Virus record (IMG/VR): IMGVR_UViG_3300021599_000885
DNA length: 64,000 nucleotides
Direction: 5' to 3' (one strand)
From: a virus
The notes under the pieces are model-generated. The model saw nothing but the letters and a program-made list of their open reading frames with translations. It had not been told where the DNA came from and searched no databases. Every line of letters starts with the position of its first letter. Position 1 is the first letter of the stretch. A program made the translations under genes and the position numbers. Below, piece after piece: positions 1 through 10,247 of the stretch.

Positions 1-642
1 TTTGTAGATAGACTGCCAGGTGGTGATTATCACCTGAGAATCTGTCTCTCTTTCTTTCCCCGCATAGATCTTGTGGCAAAATGAACCGACATCCCATCCA
101 TAGTCTTCAAAATCTTTATACATCTGTTCTACTAGGGAAGTCGTCGGAACGACTATCAGAGTATTTTGTCCTTTCTCAACGTAATATCTCACAATCGAGT
201 ATATCATCAGGGACTTTCCAGAAGCAGTTGGAGATATCAGCAGCTTTCTATTATGTCTTAAAGCGTCGTATACTCCCTCTACTTGATATTCACGGGGAGC
301 GTACTTGCAGATAGAATTCATGTAATCTTTTACACCTTCCTTTGAGATGAAGTCATTTACTTCAAAAGGTGTACCATAAAACTTATTATTTACAAATTCA
401 AAACTGTAATCATGAGTCTCACAAAATCTTGTGATTTTATCCAACAGACCTACATAAATTTCTCCAGTCTGCGTATTAAATAGACGAATTTTTCCATCCC
501 AGTATTTGTTACGATACTGAGGCATAAACTTTGCGCCTGGTACATCAAAGGTAAACTGGTCTGCTAATTCATAGTAGACGTGTGGATCTGCTTTTACCTG
601 AAGATATACTTCGTTCTTTTTTAAAATAACCAAATGAGACAT
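1..642 (-). CDS. uvsW: UvsW RNA-DNA/DNA helicase, N-terminal part (runs off the window)
   Basis: Not in the ORF track; translated by hand from ATG at 642: MSHLVILKKNEVYLQVKADPHVYYELADQFTFDVPGAKFMPQYRNKYWDGKIRLF, with Walker A SPTASGKS and VIITTWQSIYK. Adjacent to uvsY. Confidence 0.95.
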   Translation of the reverse strand, partial: MSHLVILKKNEVYLQVKADPHVYYELADQFTFDVPGAKFMPQYRNKYWDGKIRLFNTQTGEIYVGLLDKITRFCETHDYSFEFVNNKFYGTPFEVNDFISKEGVKDYMNSICKYAPREYQVEGVYDALRHNRKLLISPTASGKSLMIYSIVRYYVEKGQNTLIVVPTTSLVEQMYKDFEDYGWDVGSFCHKIYAGKERETDSQVIITTWQSIYK

Positions 643-679
643 AACCCATAAGTTTCACCTATGGGTATTTATTGTCTCA
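635..679 (-). promoter_or_regulatory. Late-type promoter (AATAAATA) inside a hairpin that covers the uvsW start codon
   Basis: Minus strand reads TGAGACA-ATAAAT-ACCCATAGG-TGAAA-CTTATGGGT-TA-TGTCTCA; two nested stems, the outer one pairing with bases of the start codon. Confidence 0.6.
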
Positions 680-1108
680 GTTAAAACCTGCTTGGAAGCG
701 ATGCCACTCTATGGCGTTTTTGATTTGAAAAGTTCTATTAGAAATCGTCTTGATAATGTCCTCAAGAAACTTCAACATTACATCATAGTATCGAATCTTG
801 ATATCAATCTTAGTTAACTTCTCATCTGCCTCTAGATGCCTCTGTAAGGCGTCTTTGTCTCTAACTTTATATGGGAAAGGTTCTTCCTCATAAACCTCCA
901 CTGGTGCCTTTCCAGTGTAATAATTATAGCGTTCTAATTTTACTTTACTGTAAGTCTCTTTTGCTTTTTCACGTAGCAAAGTAATGGTATTATAAACCGT
1001 GTAATACTTTGCATGTAGTTGTGGAATTTTTATTGATTCATCGTGTAGATTATCAGGATCGATTTGGGAATCTCTTTCCCACATCTCCTGAATTTGTTCA
1101 AGGTTCAT
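677..1108 (-). CDS. uvsY: Recombination mediator UvsY
   Basis: 143 aa, DNLHDESIKIPQLHAKY...RTFQIKNAIEW; located between g3 and uvsW. Confidence 0.93.
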   Translation of the reverse strand: MNLEQIQEMWERDSQIDPDNLHDESIKIPQLHAKYYTVYNTITLLREKAKETYSKVKLERYNYYTGKAPVEVYEEEPFPYKVRDKDALQRHLEADEKLTKIDIKIRYYDVMLKFLEDIIKTISNRTFQIKNAIEWHRFQAGFN

Positions 1109-1659
1109 AAGCGAGTTCTGCCGTCAGAATCAACGATAATGTATACAGTATACTTGAATGTTGCCTCTGCTGTAAAGTATTGGATATCTGTAGCGGAGGT
1201 ATCAAATTCTAAAGAAGTTAAGGAAACAGGAAACAAGTCTCTAAACTTGACTATGCTGTTTACTCTGTAGTTGCTGTTTAGAATAGATAGACTTCCATCA
1301 CTAAACTGTTCCTGCAATTGATCTTTTTGACCATCAATATCAGTGGTAAGATCGATAAAGTCTTGTGGAGTTTCTGGGAAACCAAGTCCAGTTAACCAGT
1401 TATGAACCGCCATATAATTGGTCATATCTTCATCAACCAAGAACTTGAGGGTTAGATCTCCATAAGTTAATTTTTCACCAGGAATATCAATATCTTTAAG
1501 ATATGATGATTGTGATGCTAACTGTAGATTTATCTCTGGTAGTCTAGCACTGGTGCAGAAAAAATCAACCTTTGGATGCTTAGATAAACTAAACTGAAAC
1601 CCAGTAGGAGAAAGAAAATTTCTGTTTTGTATTTGGTTTCTAAAAGGTGAAACGGACAT
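1105..1659 (-). CDS. g3: Tail tube terminator / tail completion protein gp3
   Basis: NFLSPTGFQF, PGEKLTYGDLTLKFLVDEDMTNY; follows g23 as in T4-like cyanophages. Confidence 0.85.
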   Translation of the reverse strand: MSVSPFRNQIQNRNFLSPTGFQFSLSKHPKVDFFCTSARLPEINLQLASQSSYLKDIDIPGEKLTYGDLTLKFLVDEDMTNYMAVHNWLTGLGFPETPQDFIDLTTDIDGQKDQLQEQFSDGSLSILNSNYRVNSIVKFRDLFPVSLTSLEFDTSATDIQYFTAEATFKYTVYIIVDSDGRTRL

Positions 1660-1683
1660 TATCAGTTTTATTTGTATTTAGAT

Positions 1684-1708
1684 AAAAAAAGGGGGTCCGA
1701 AGACCCCC
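1684..1708 (-). terminator. Rho-independent terminator after g23
   Basis: Minus strand GGGGGTC-TTCG-GACCCCC-TTTTTTT, a C(UUCG)G tetraloop hairpin with a U tract. Confidence 0.92.
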
Positions 1709-1730
1709 CTGATAGATATGTGAATCGAGA

Positions 1731-3107
1731 TCACATGAGATTCTGAACCTTGACTCTTCTGTAGTAACGGTTGACGTTCTGGGTAAGAGCGCCAGCGCCA
1801 ACGGTGGTTCCTTCCGCGAATGGGTTTGCGACCATGCCGTAGCGGGTCTTAAAGCCAATCTTGGGCTGGAAGGTGTCCTGACCAACGGCACGAACCATTT
1901 GGAGAGGAACGTATGGGCAGTAGAAGAGACCAGCGTCATAAGGTGAAGAACCCTTATAACCAGCAACGTAGTACTGATCAGCACCAAGGTTTGCCGAATA
2001 TGGGTCAATGTAGACGCGGAACTTACCAGCAAGAATACCTGCGAAGGTGTTGCCGGTGTCGTCAACGTTGAGGTTAGCGTTGAGTGCAGGGGTGTAATCA
2101 AGTACACCAGCCATGGTGAGGGCGGAAGCAACGTCTGCGGAGCAGAGGATCATGTTGCCCTTTCCTCTACGAGTTCTCTGGGCGATAGCGTTAGCGTCAC
2201 GCTCGATCTGGAAGATCAGACCCTTGAACTTCTCAACTGACCAACGACCGTTGGAGTCAACGTCGAGGTCGAAAGCGCCTTGGGTAGCTACGTTAGTAGC
2301 AGCACCTTGCTCAGCAACTCTGTAGATGGTTCTGATGACTTCGCGGTTGATCTCAGCAAGAATCTCAGTTGAGAGAATGTTTGCGAGTTCAGCCTCAGCA
2401 TTCAGACCATGAATTGCCTTGAGGTCCTGAGCGAGTTCTAACGAGTACTCAGCTTTCAGAGCTCTTGACTTGGCGGTAACGGTGACCTTCTCGATCGAGA
2501 ATGCCATTTCGTTGAACGCACCGATGCCGTCACCTAGGTTCTCAGCATCGTCGGTACGCAGACCCTGACCTACGCTGTAGGTGTCGCCAACAATACCTGA
2601 AGTTGGGTTAAGAGCAGCAGGGTTTGAACCAGCCTGACCGGTTGTACCCATACCAACAGCACCAGCGGTGAAACCAGCGGTACGGTTGAAGTTGCTGTCC
2701 TGACCAGAGAATGCGGAATCTGCCTCATTGAACAGAGCTTCAGCACCACCTTGGGTCTTATACTTGGAGCGCATTGCGAAGATGAGTCCAGTAGGACCAC
2801 TCATTGGTTGAACGCCAGCGAGGTCATAAGCGACCAGGTTAGGCATTGAACGACGGATCAGGGAGATCAGAACTGGATCGAAACCAGCAACGGTCTGACC
2901 ACCTGCTGAGGTGTAACCACCGTTACCAACAGCGTTGGTTGGTGATTCGTGAAGGAATTCGCGCTCTTCACGAAGAGCGATTTCTTGGTTCTCCAGGAGT
3001 TGAGCAGTAACGGCTCTACGATGGGAATCCTTGATAGGATCCATACCATCATAGTCCAGAAGGGGTGCCCACTTCTCCTGCAGATGCTCGTTTAGGGGCA
3101 TTTGCAT
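1731..3107 (-). CDS. g23: Major capsid protein gp23
   Basis: LISLIRRSMPNLVAYDLAGVQPMSGPTGLIFAMR, AEYSLELAQDLKAIHGL, FQPKIGFKTRYG. Confidence 0.99.
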   Translation of the reverse strand: MQMPLNEHLQEKWAPLLDYDGMDPIKDSHRRAVTAQLLENQEIALREEREFLHESPTNAVGNGGYTSAGGQTVAGFDPVLISLIRRSMPNLVAYDLAGVQPMSGPTGLIFAMRSKYKTQGGAEALFNEADSAFSGQDSNFNRTAGFTAGAVGMGTTGQAGSNPAALNPTSGIVGDTYSVGQGLRTDDAENLGDGIGAFNEMAFSIEKVTVTAKSRALKAEYSLELAQDLKAIHGLNAEAELANILSTEILAEINREVIRTIYRVAEQGAATNVATQGAFDLDVDSNGRWSVEKFKGLIFQIERDANAIAQRTRRGKGNMILCSADVASALTMAGVLDYTPALNANLNVDDTGNTFAGILAGKFRVYIDPYSANLGADQYYVAGYKGSSPYDAGLFYCPYVPLQMVRAVGQDTFQPKIGFKTRYGMVANPFAEGTTVGAGALTQNVNRYYRRVKVQNLM

Positions 3108-3158
3108 TTGATCTTTACCTCTTTTAAAAAGTTAGTTTGAACTGTTATTATTTAGAAA

Positions 3159-4226
3159 TCACTTTTTAGCGACTCTTCTCAGAGTATCCATGTAGGATTC
3201 CATTAATGGTGATGCTGATACTTGACCAACAACACTGGTGCCTTCAGAGATAGTCTCTGAGTGGTCTCTTTGAGCGCCAGCGTGCTCTGGGAAGTAAGAC
3301 TTCTTCAGAGTTACTAGCTTCTCACGATAGTCTGACTCACTTTCAAACTCAACATTTTCGGCAAGAGTAGCGAGCTTGTCTTTCTGAGAAAGGGCAAGTC
3401 CTTCAGCGACTTCTGCAAAGATTACATCAGCAACTGACTCGGCTAATCTCCTATTAAGAGCAACATTTCTTTCGATTTGCTCGTTGAGTTTAGACTCCAT
3501 TTCATCTAGTTTATCTACCATGCTCTCGATTACATCATATCTATCTTCAGGGATGGTTACATAATGTTCTTCAAAAAGACCCTTCATTCCAGCGAGGAAT
3601 GATTCGGTCATTTCAGTCTTAAGACCGTGCTCAACAGCGAGAGCGTTCTCTTGGATCCACTCATCGGCAACATACTCAAGGTATGCGTCGAGTCTTTCGG
3701 TCAGACCTTCTTTAATAGTTTCAATCTCTTCTACAAGAACAGTCTCGTATGCAGATTGAAGATTTTCCTTGATTTCGTTAACCTTTGATGTGATAGCAGC
3801 TTCGAAAATAGTGCGTGCCTTCTCTTGGAATTCCTCAGAAAGCTCTTCGCCTTCGAAGAGAGCTTGAACATCTTCTTCGATGTTGAACTCAGGTGCTTCC
3901 TCTTCGGTGACGACTTCCTCTGCAGAGATTTCTTCTTCAGAGATTTCCTCTTCAGTTACCTCTTCTTCTTCAGCAACAACTTCTTGCTCTTCATCAGCCT
4001 CAACTTCCTCGGCTCTAGCGGCTCTGGCGTTGACTACATTTTTGACTTGAGCAAGGGTCTTGCCTGGGGTCTCCAGTTTATTGGAGTCGTCGTCGGGTCT
4101 TGAGTTCTCGGGGGTAGGACCACCAAGATCCTCATAAGGAACACCGCTAGCTTGCATTGGTTCAGCAGGTGCAGCGTTTTGTGTTACTACGTTTTCCATT
4201 TCCTGTAAGTTGCTATCAGCGGACAT
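3159..4226 (-). CDS. g22: Prohead core scaffold protein gp22
   Basis: Acidic coiled-coil protein with LSEEFQEKARTIFEAA and YLEYVADEW; between g21 and g23. Confidence 0.95.
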   Translation of the reverse strand: MSADSNLQEMENVVTQNAAPAEPMQASGVPYEDLGGPTPENSRPDDDSNKLETPGKTLAQVKNVVNARAARAEEVEADEEQEVVAEEEEVTEEEISEEEISAEEVVTEEEAPEFNIEEDVQALFEGEELSEEFQEKARTIFEAAITSKVNEIKENLQSAYETVLVEEIETIKEGLTERLDAYLEYVADEWIQENALAVEHGLKTEMTESFLAGMKGLFEEHYVTIPEDRYDVIESMVDKLDEMESKLNEQIERNVALNRRLAESVADVIFAEVAEGLALSQKDKLATLAENVEFESESDYREKLVTLKKSYFPEHAGAQRDHSETISEGTSVVGQVSASPLMESYMDTLRRVAKK

Positions 4227-4259
4227 TTTCTTTTGATTAACTTTGGTATAATCTATATT

Positions 4260-4267
4260 TATTTATA
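4260..4267 (-). promoter_or_regulatory. T4 gp55-type late promoter TATAAATA upstream of g22
   Basis: Exact TATAAATA in the intergenic gap. Exact copies also at 5402, 12393, 19771, 31871 and 52835; close variants upstream of g3, g23, g20, g18 and cp12. Confidence 0.85.
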
Positions 4268-4269
4268 AA

Positions 4270-4920
4270 TCAGAGATTTGATAAGAATTCGTTGAAAAGA
4301 TTTAACTTATACTCTTCAAGCATTCTTTGATCGACAAGAGTATTAATACGTCTTTTTGTATTCTCTGCGAGTTGTTCACGAAGGATACCACCTTCCCAAA
4401 CCCACTCTTTACCTTCCATAATTCCATTGACGAAAGCATCAGGAGCGGAAGGATCGGCAACGATATCAGCAGCAGTTGCTAACTGGAAATCTTCACCAAC
4501 AATCTTGTGACCTTCGTTGGTCATTCTAAGTGAACCAACACCACGAGAAGAAACGCCAAGCATAACGCCAGACTCAAGAAGTGACTTAGCGATTTTGCCC
4601 ATTGGGGTTTCAAGAATCTGTGCCTTACCTACAAAGTTATTACCTTCTTGGTTGAGGCAAGTGATCTTGTGTGAAACACGATCAAGATTAACGGTAGGAC
4701 CATCTGGGTGACCAAGTTCGCCAAGAGCACGACCCTTACAGACGAAATTTTCGTTATAACGGGTTACTTCTTTAGAAAGAGTATCGATGGGGTACATTCT
4801 CCCATTGCGATTCTTGATCTCACCTTGAAGAAATACACCTTCGATGTATAACCTCTTGTTAGGACCTTTACCTTCGGTGATAACTTTTACGTTAGTTACT
4901 TCTTCTGTGATTAGTTTCAT
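4270..4920 (-). CDS. g21: Prohead protease gp21
   Basis: NRNGRMY, ALGELGHP, GVSSRGVGS, DIVADPSAPDAFV motifs. Confidence 0.98.
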   Translation of the reverse strand: MKLITEEVTNVKVITEGKGPNKRLYIEGVFLQGEIKNRNGRMYPIDTLSKEVTRYNENFVCKGRALGELGHPDGPTVNLDRVSHKITCLNQEGNNFVGKAQILETPMGKIAKSLLESGVMLGVSSRGVGSLRMTNEGHKIVGEDFQLATAADIVADPSAPDAFVNGIMEGKEWVWEGGILREQLAENTKRRINTLVDQRMLEEYKLNLFNEFLSNL

Positions 4921-4924
4921 TTGT

Positions 4925-5194
4925 TTACCCAGTAAAACCTACTTTTGCACCTTTTACAGTATCAGCACTAGCAAATACGCAATATGATGGTTGCTTCTCA
5001 AGATACTCTACAGAGTTTGGAGGCATGGTCATTGAACCAATACCATTTCCACTTTGCGTCTCAACAACAGTAACTAATGCTGCACTTGCGGAGTTATTAA
5101 CAAGACGGACAACAGTAGCATTACTAAAACTAGTTGCAGTTCCTGTTGTAATTGGCAGATTAATTTCATCCGCCAAAAGCAAAGTTCTTGCCAT
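4925..5194 (-). CDS. Small hypothetical head-module protein
   Basis: 89-aa ORF tightly packed between the gp67-like gene and g21. Confidence 0.7.
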   Translation of the reverse strand: MARTLLLADEINLPITTGTATSFSNATVVRLVNNSASAALVTVVETQSGNGIGSMTMPPNSVEYLEKQPSYCVFASADTVKGAKVGFTG

Positions 5195-5376
5195 TATTCT
5201 TGATCCTCTTGTGATTCTTGTTCAGTTTCATATTCATCGCCAAACAAAGATGCCGCTACAATAGGTCTAGCAACATCAATTTTTTCAGCGGCTTTTGCGA
5301 ATAATGCACTTTTAATAGCATCAGAAACATCCGATGCTTTTGCATCTGTCGCAATCAAATCGATAATATTATCCAT
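5194..5376 (-). CDS. Small prohead core protein (positional analogue of gp67)
   Basis: 60 aa with an acidic tail, directly after g20, preceded by TATAAATA at 5402-5409. Confidence 0.6.
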   Translation of the reverse strand: MDNIIDLIATDAKASDVSDAIKSALFAKAAEKIDVARPIVAASLFGDEYETEQESQEDQE

Positions 5377-5404
5377 GAAATGTTATAGTGTATATATTGT
5401 ATAT

Positions 5405-7081
5405 TTATATCTCTGCTTTTTTAGCGTCCTTTTGCATTTGAGCATCTACATCTGATGCATCCTGTTCCATATCTGGTTCAGTTGGAACCTGACCCAAATC
5501 TCCACCTTGAGGTAGAGGCTCTCCTGTAATTGGATCAATCATTGAAGGATCTGGAATGATACCTTTTTGAATCTCATCTTCAATCTGCGTATCAATTTCA
5601 ATGATTTCAGCATCAGTTTGTCTGAGAATTTTCTTTCTTACATATTCAGTAGAGTAATACTTGCCAATGTAAGGTTCGATAGTTGCAAGGTTTCCGAGTC
5701 TACTTTGAAGTAGTTCTGCTTCTTTTAGTTCGGCAAATTGATTATCATACAGGAAATCATACTGAATATGATCAGACATAATCTCCCAGTCTTCGGGAGT
5801 AACAATATTTTTGAGAATCAATTGCGTTCTCAGCATATCGTTGAACATCTGAGAGAATCTCTTTCTCAGACGACCAACAAACTTAGCAAACTTAAGTTCG
5901 TCTCTCAGAATTTCAGAAGAACGACCAAGATTGAATCCACCATCAGCAGCGATTCTTGACTCAGGAACACCAAGTGCTCTATATAGTTTCTTTTGGAAAT
6001 ACTCAATATCGGCAAGTTCTCCTAAGTTTTGTCCACCAGGAAGTGTGGTAATTTCTGTACCACGACCACCCTCTCTTCTTGGAAGCCAGAAGTCTTCCAT
6101 CATGGACATAAACTTACGGTCATCACGGATTTCTCCAGTTGAAGCGTCGTAGGCAAGTTTATTTCTGTAGCGAGACATAACCTCTTTCAGGTATTGCTCT
6201 GCCTTTACCTTAGGTAGGTTACCAACGTCAATATAGAAAATACGACGCTCTGGTGCTCTAGACAATCTATAGATAACCAAAGAATCTTCAATCATACGAA
6301 GTTGATTGAGTGCTTTGATTGCCTTATGCATATAAGACAATACTGTTCCTTTGTTCCTATCTACAAGACCAGAACTACAATATACAATGGAGTCCTTAGC
6401 AATTTTTACACCTTTTACTTTACCACCGGCACCACTGAAAGTTCCGCTTGGATAATTTGGTTTTGGTGTATAAACAAAATACTCTTCAATTTGTGGTTCT
6501 ATTATCTGATCGGAATTATTTTTTCCTCCCATTGCAGCATTAGCAATAGCAAGACCGCGCTTGTCCTCTTTCTTTTCCTGACGGACAAACTTCATTTTCA
6601 TTGGGTCAATGTATCTCAAGTCCTGAATACCTGCCTGAGGATTCTTGAGGTCAATGACTTTCAAATAGTAAAGTCTTCCGTCAACATACCAATTTCTAAA
6701 AATTTCATGGCACTTCTTATCGAAGTCCATTATTTCTTTGAGATATCTAAACTCGTCTCTAATTACCTGTTTCAGTCTATCACTAGCATTCAAGTTTGAG
6801 AGCTCAATCTCAACTGGAGAATCATAAAGATCGCTAACGATGGCTTCATTCACAACATCTTCAATGGCTCCATCACACTCTGGGTGAAGAGCCATTTCAC
6901 GATATCTTTTAATTAAATCATGCTCAGTTCTATAGACACCTTCAATATCAAGATAATGCCCATAAAAACCACTACTAATATAGTTATCAACCCCGTCCTC
7001 ATTAGTTTGAGGAACGGGGGAAATAACTGAAGGTGGTTTACTTTGGTCGCCGTCAATAGAAAAACCAAAAAGTCGTGCCAT
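5405..7081 (-). CDS. g20: Portal vertex protein gp20
   Basis: IYRLSRAPERRIFYIDVGNLPKVKAEQY, EDFWLPRREGGRGTEITTLPGGQNLG. Confidence 0.99.
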   Translation of the reverse strand: MARLFGFSIDGDQSKPPSVISPVPQTNEDGVDNYISSGFYGHYLDIEGVYRTEHDLIKRYREMALHPECDGAIEDVVNEAIVSDLYDSPVEIELSNLNASDRLKQVIRDEFRYLKEIMDFDKKCHEIFRNWYVDGRLYYLKVIDLKNPQAGIQDLRYIDPMKMKFVRQEKKEDKRGLAIANAAMGGKNNSDQIIEPQIEEYFVYTPKPNYPSGTFSGAGGKVKGVKIAKDSIVYCSSGLVDRNKGTVLSYMHKAIKALNQLRMIEDSLVIYRLSRAPERRIFYIDVGNLPKVKAEQYLKEVMSRYRNKLAYDASTGEIRDDRKFMSMMEDFWLPRREGGRGTEITTLPGGQNLGELADIEYFQKKLYRALGVPESRIAADGGFNLGRSSEILRDELKFAKFVGRLRKRFSQMFNDMLRTQLILKNIVTPEDWEIMSDHIQYDFLYDNQFAELKEAELLQSRLGNLATIEPYIGKYYSTEYVRKKILRQTDAEIIEIDTQIEDEIQKGIIPDPSMIDPITGEPLPQGGDLGQVPTEPDMEQDASDVDAQMQKDAKKAEI

Positions 7082-7110
7082 CGTATAACTGTTTGCTTAT
7101 TATTGACTAT

Positions 7111-7710
7111 TTAGTTGATGTCTTCACCACCAGCATTTGCAGCATTACCTCTTACTGCTTCCCACCAGAGAACTTGGAGTTCAACAGTAAACTCTTGAAT
7201 AACACCAGTACTATCATATGATAGATCAATAGGTGCAACTTGAGTTGGGAAAACATCATAGAAATGATACTTTCTCAGGGTGCCGCCGTTACGATCAAGT
7301 TGGTAGATGTAAGCATCTGCCTGATAATCTGCTGGATTGGTTAGACCAGTGTTATCAGATACTCTATTTACAGTATTCATCCACTTTTCGAAAGCGGAAC
7401 GAATAGCAAAGTCAGTATCGTTGATAACAGTGATTGTCCAAGTATCGAATGTACGATCTCCTGCTACTTTGAGGATTCTTCCTCTGAAAGGAACCTCAAT
7501 AGGAGCAACATTGGATGCTGGAAGGTTTGCTGCCTTAACAAGGAAACGTGCCTTGTTAAGGATATCATTCAAACCATCAACTTGAACTGTGCTTGGGAAT
7601 GAAAGCTCAACCTCAAAGAGGTTAGAGCGAGCACCGCCACCAGTCAGCTTACTCTTGAAGTCAGTAATCTTTCTTAGTGGGGGTGGATTAAGTTGATTTC
7701 TAGTTGCCAT
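7111..7710 (-). CDS. g19: Tail tube protein gp19
   Basis: GGARSNLFEV, FRGRILKVAGDRTFDTWTITVIND. Confidence 0.97.
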   Translation of the reverse strand: MATRNQLNPPPLRKITDFKSKLTGGGARSNLFEVELSFPSTVQVDGLNDILNKARFLVKAANLPASNVAPIEVPFRGRILKVAGDRTFDTWTITVINDTDFAIRSAFEKWMNTVNRVSDNTGLTNPADYQADAYIYQLDRNGGTLRKYHFYDVFPTQVAPIDLSYDSTGVIQEFTVELQVLWWEAVRGNAANAGGEDIN

Positions 7711-7747
7711 TTTTGTTTGCCTCTAAGGTTGATTAATCAAATAATTA

Positions 7748-9934
7748 TCAGACGTTACCGATGACTTCCGAGAAGGAAACCCCAGTTCTGGTGGCGACAA
7801 AGGTTAGACCGATGAAGTTGATCGATCTGTTTGGTTTGATGTAGATATCAGCAACAAACTCGTTGTTGTCGATAACAGCAGCAGTATTATTTGTTTCATC
7901 ACAAATAACGACATAATCAAAGATTCCTCTCTTAGCCTGGACATCGCGGAGGAATGGTTCAACAATATTTACAAAGTTGGTTCTTGTGATCTCATCGTTG
8001 AACTCGAACAGTTGATCCCTAGCGGCAGCAGCAATTGCTTGCTCCAGATAGATGAAGAGGCGGCGAACGTTGATTCTATCGAACGCTGAAGACTTGGCGA
8101 AACCAGTCTTATCACCAAATAGAACGATACCATCACCAGGCGAGAAGATAACAGGGTTGATTCTGTTAGAATACAACTTATCTCTTTGGACCTTGCTTGG
8201 GTTGTAGGTCAACTTAACAGCGTTGAGGATAGCACCTCTAGCAGTACCAGCAGGTGAGAACCATGGGAAGTTGTTGAGGTCGTTTCTAGCACACAGACCA
8301 GCAATATCACCATTTAGTGGGATATAACGGAAGGCATCAGAGAATCTATCATAAGTGTACTTATAACCACTATCAAATACAGCGTAGGATGATGAAGTGA
8401 TAGGAGCGTAGAAACTCAGAACATTATCGGTAATATCAGAGTCCGAGTTAACCGTTACTGAACCAACAGCACTATCGTTAAGGAACGCTAGTCTGTATGG
8501 TGAGATGAATGCGATAGCATCTTGTCTTGCTTCAGCAACTGCAATGAGTTTATTAGCAAGAGCTTGTGCAGTCTCCTTAGCATAATTTGCTGAACCCATC
8601 AACAGGAAGTCAATATCATAGTTATCGGTATTCTCAAAGATACCATAACCAGAAGATAATTTGGAGAGAGTTGAAGTTAGAGCACCAGACGAGGTGAGGT
8701 CTGTTCCATCATCATAGTTCTTACCACCACCTAGGGTGTAAGTGTTGCTTCCAGAAGCTGCAAAGTTAACTCCATCAGCATCTTGATCCCAACCGATGTC
8801 GCTAGCAAGAGTAAAGTTGCTGCTAAACGCTGTTGTTGTAATACCAGCAGGAGCAGAACCACCAAAGACGTTTGTTGAAACGTTATAAAGATACTTTCTC
8901 CAGTAAGAAGAAGAACCTACAGAGTACTCGGCATCCTTTGCCTTGGAAAGTGCAACGTGCTTCTCAAGAATAGTACCAGCGTTTCCACTTACGGTTCCTT
9001 TGTCGTCAATAACAACAACATGGATTTCGTCGAATCTTGAGTTTCTAGCAGCAGCATAAGATGAAGTTGCAGGTCTATCAACGAGTGTATTCCAAGCAAT
9101 GGTTGCTCCACTAGAAAGAGAAATGGTTTGTTGGTCAAACCAATCTTGTCTTGAGGTGTATGCCGTTTGACCTACTGCCGTTGTCTGACCAGTGGTGTGG
9201 ATAGCAACAGAACCAGATGATGAGAAAGCATAAACACCAGCAGGTTGATAGTCAACCGAAGTCTCAGTTCCAGCAGCAGAAACGTGTGATAGAACTTTAA
9301 CTTGAAGTGAGTATGGTGAGTCTGAAGTTCCAGAACCACTAATACCTGTGACGATTCCCTTTAGATAACCATCAAGGGTGCTGGTTGAACCAGAACCTGG
9401 TAGGGTGGATGAAATTGCCTGTGTGATACCATATCCAACAGAAATAGTTGGAACTGTAGCACTTGTTTGAACGCCAGCAATAATTTGATCTGCTTTAGCG
9501 TCAATAGTGGCGACTCTAACGCCATTTGCCCAAGAACCAGGGTTTCTAGCAGTAAAGGTTACTCCACTGATAGTGTTCTCCTGATAACCTAACTGACCAT
9601 AATGTTCAGTACTCTTAATCTTGATACTAGATGCTGTTCCAACAAAAGCATTTGTAAGAGCATTATCGTCTGCTCTAACAACTTGAAGATTACCACCATA
9701 CGCTAAGTATGAAGAGGCAACCATCCAATGCTCATAGTGCTTGTCGGTATTGTATGGCTCACCGAAATTCTTCAGTAGATCGGCTTCATCGCCAACAAGA
9801 ACAGGTACATCGACTGGTCCCTTAGCAAAGGGAGCAACCAGAGCACCTACTGCACCATTAGTAGCATCAACTCTACCAACAGTGAGGTCAACCTCTCTTA
9901 CTACAATTCCAGGAGATGCTAAATTTAGCGGCAT
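7748..9934 (-). CDS. g18: Tail sheath protein gp18
   Basis: SPGIVVREVDLT, PWFSPAG, FDRINVRRLF, FEFNDEITR. Confidence 0.98.
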   Translation of the reverse strand: MPLNLASPGIVVREVDLTVGRVDATNGAVGALVAPFAKGPVDVPVLVGDEADLLKNFGEPYNTDKHYEHWMVASSYLAYGGNLQVVRADDNALTNAFVGTASSIKIKSTEHYGQLGYQENTISGVTFTARNPGSWANGVRVATIDAKADQIIAGVQTSATVPTISVGYGITQAISSTLPGSGSTSTLDGYLKGIVTGISGSGTSDSPYSLQVKVLSHVSAAGTETSVDYQPAGVYAFSSSGSVAIHTTGQTTAVGQTAYTSRQDWFDQQTISLSSGATIAWNTLVDRPATSSYAAARNSRFDEIHVVVIDDKGTVSGNAGTILEKHVALSKAKDAEYSVGSSSYWRKYLYNVSTNVFGGSAPAGITTTAFSSNFTLASDIGWDQDADGVNFAASGSNTYTLGGGKNYDDGTDLTSSGALTSTLSKLSSGYGIFENTDNYDIDFLLMGSANYAKETAQALANKLIAVAEARQDAIAFISPYRLAFLNDSAVGSVTVNSDSDITDNVLSFYAPITSSSYAVFDSGYKYTYDRFSDAFRYIPLNGDIAGLCARNDLNNFPWFSPAGTARGAILNAVKLTYNPSKVQRDKLYSNRINPVIFSPGDGIVLFGDKTGFAKSSAFDRINVRRLFIYLEQAIAAAARDQLFEFNDEITRTNFVNIVEPFLRDVQAKRGIFDYVVICDETNNTAAVIDNNEFVADIYIKPNRSINFIGLTFVATRTGVSFSEVIGNV

Positions 9935-10016
9935 CTTCTATTCTCCTTAGTCCAGAATTATTCTAGAAATATTTATTAAAAAGTGTCCTTTGAATGGGGA
10001 AACAGTGCGTGAACCG

Positions 10017-10247
10017 CTACCAGTCAGGATATTCCCACAGTTCTGTTGGTGTTGGTCTTTTCTTATTTGATAAAACTCTCTTCTTAGTACATTCCTTACA
10101 TTCATAAGAATAGGCAGAAGGTAAAGCACCCCTGCCTTTTCTAGTTAGATAAAAGTCATCTATCAAATTTTTTATTTCTCCACAAATCCTACACTCCCTA
10201 TCAAAAAGAAGTATGTGTTCTAGATTTATTTGATCTTCTAAGTCCAT
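10017..10247 (-). CDS. Small CxxC...CxxC zinc-binding protein
   Basis: RECRICGEIK...YSYECKEC; start taken at MDLEDQ, abutting the g17 stop. Confidence 0.7.
   Translation of the reverse strand: MDLEDQINLEHILLFDRECRICGEIKNLIDDFYLTRKGRGALPSAYSYECKECTKKRVLSNKKRPTPTELWEYPDW

Noticed and set aside
1640-2131. 163-aa alternative-frame ORF overlapping g23
   Set aside because: Explained by the codon bias of g23; it also runs through the terminator.
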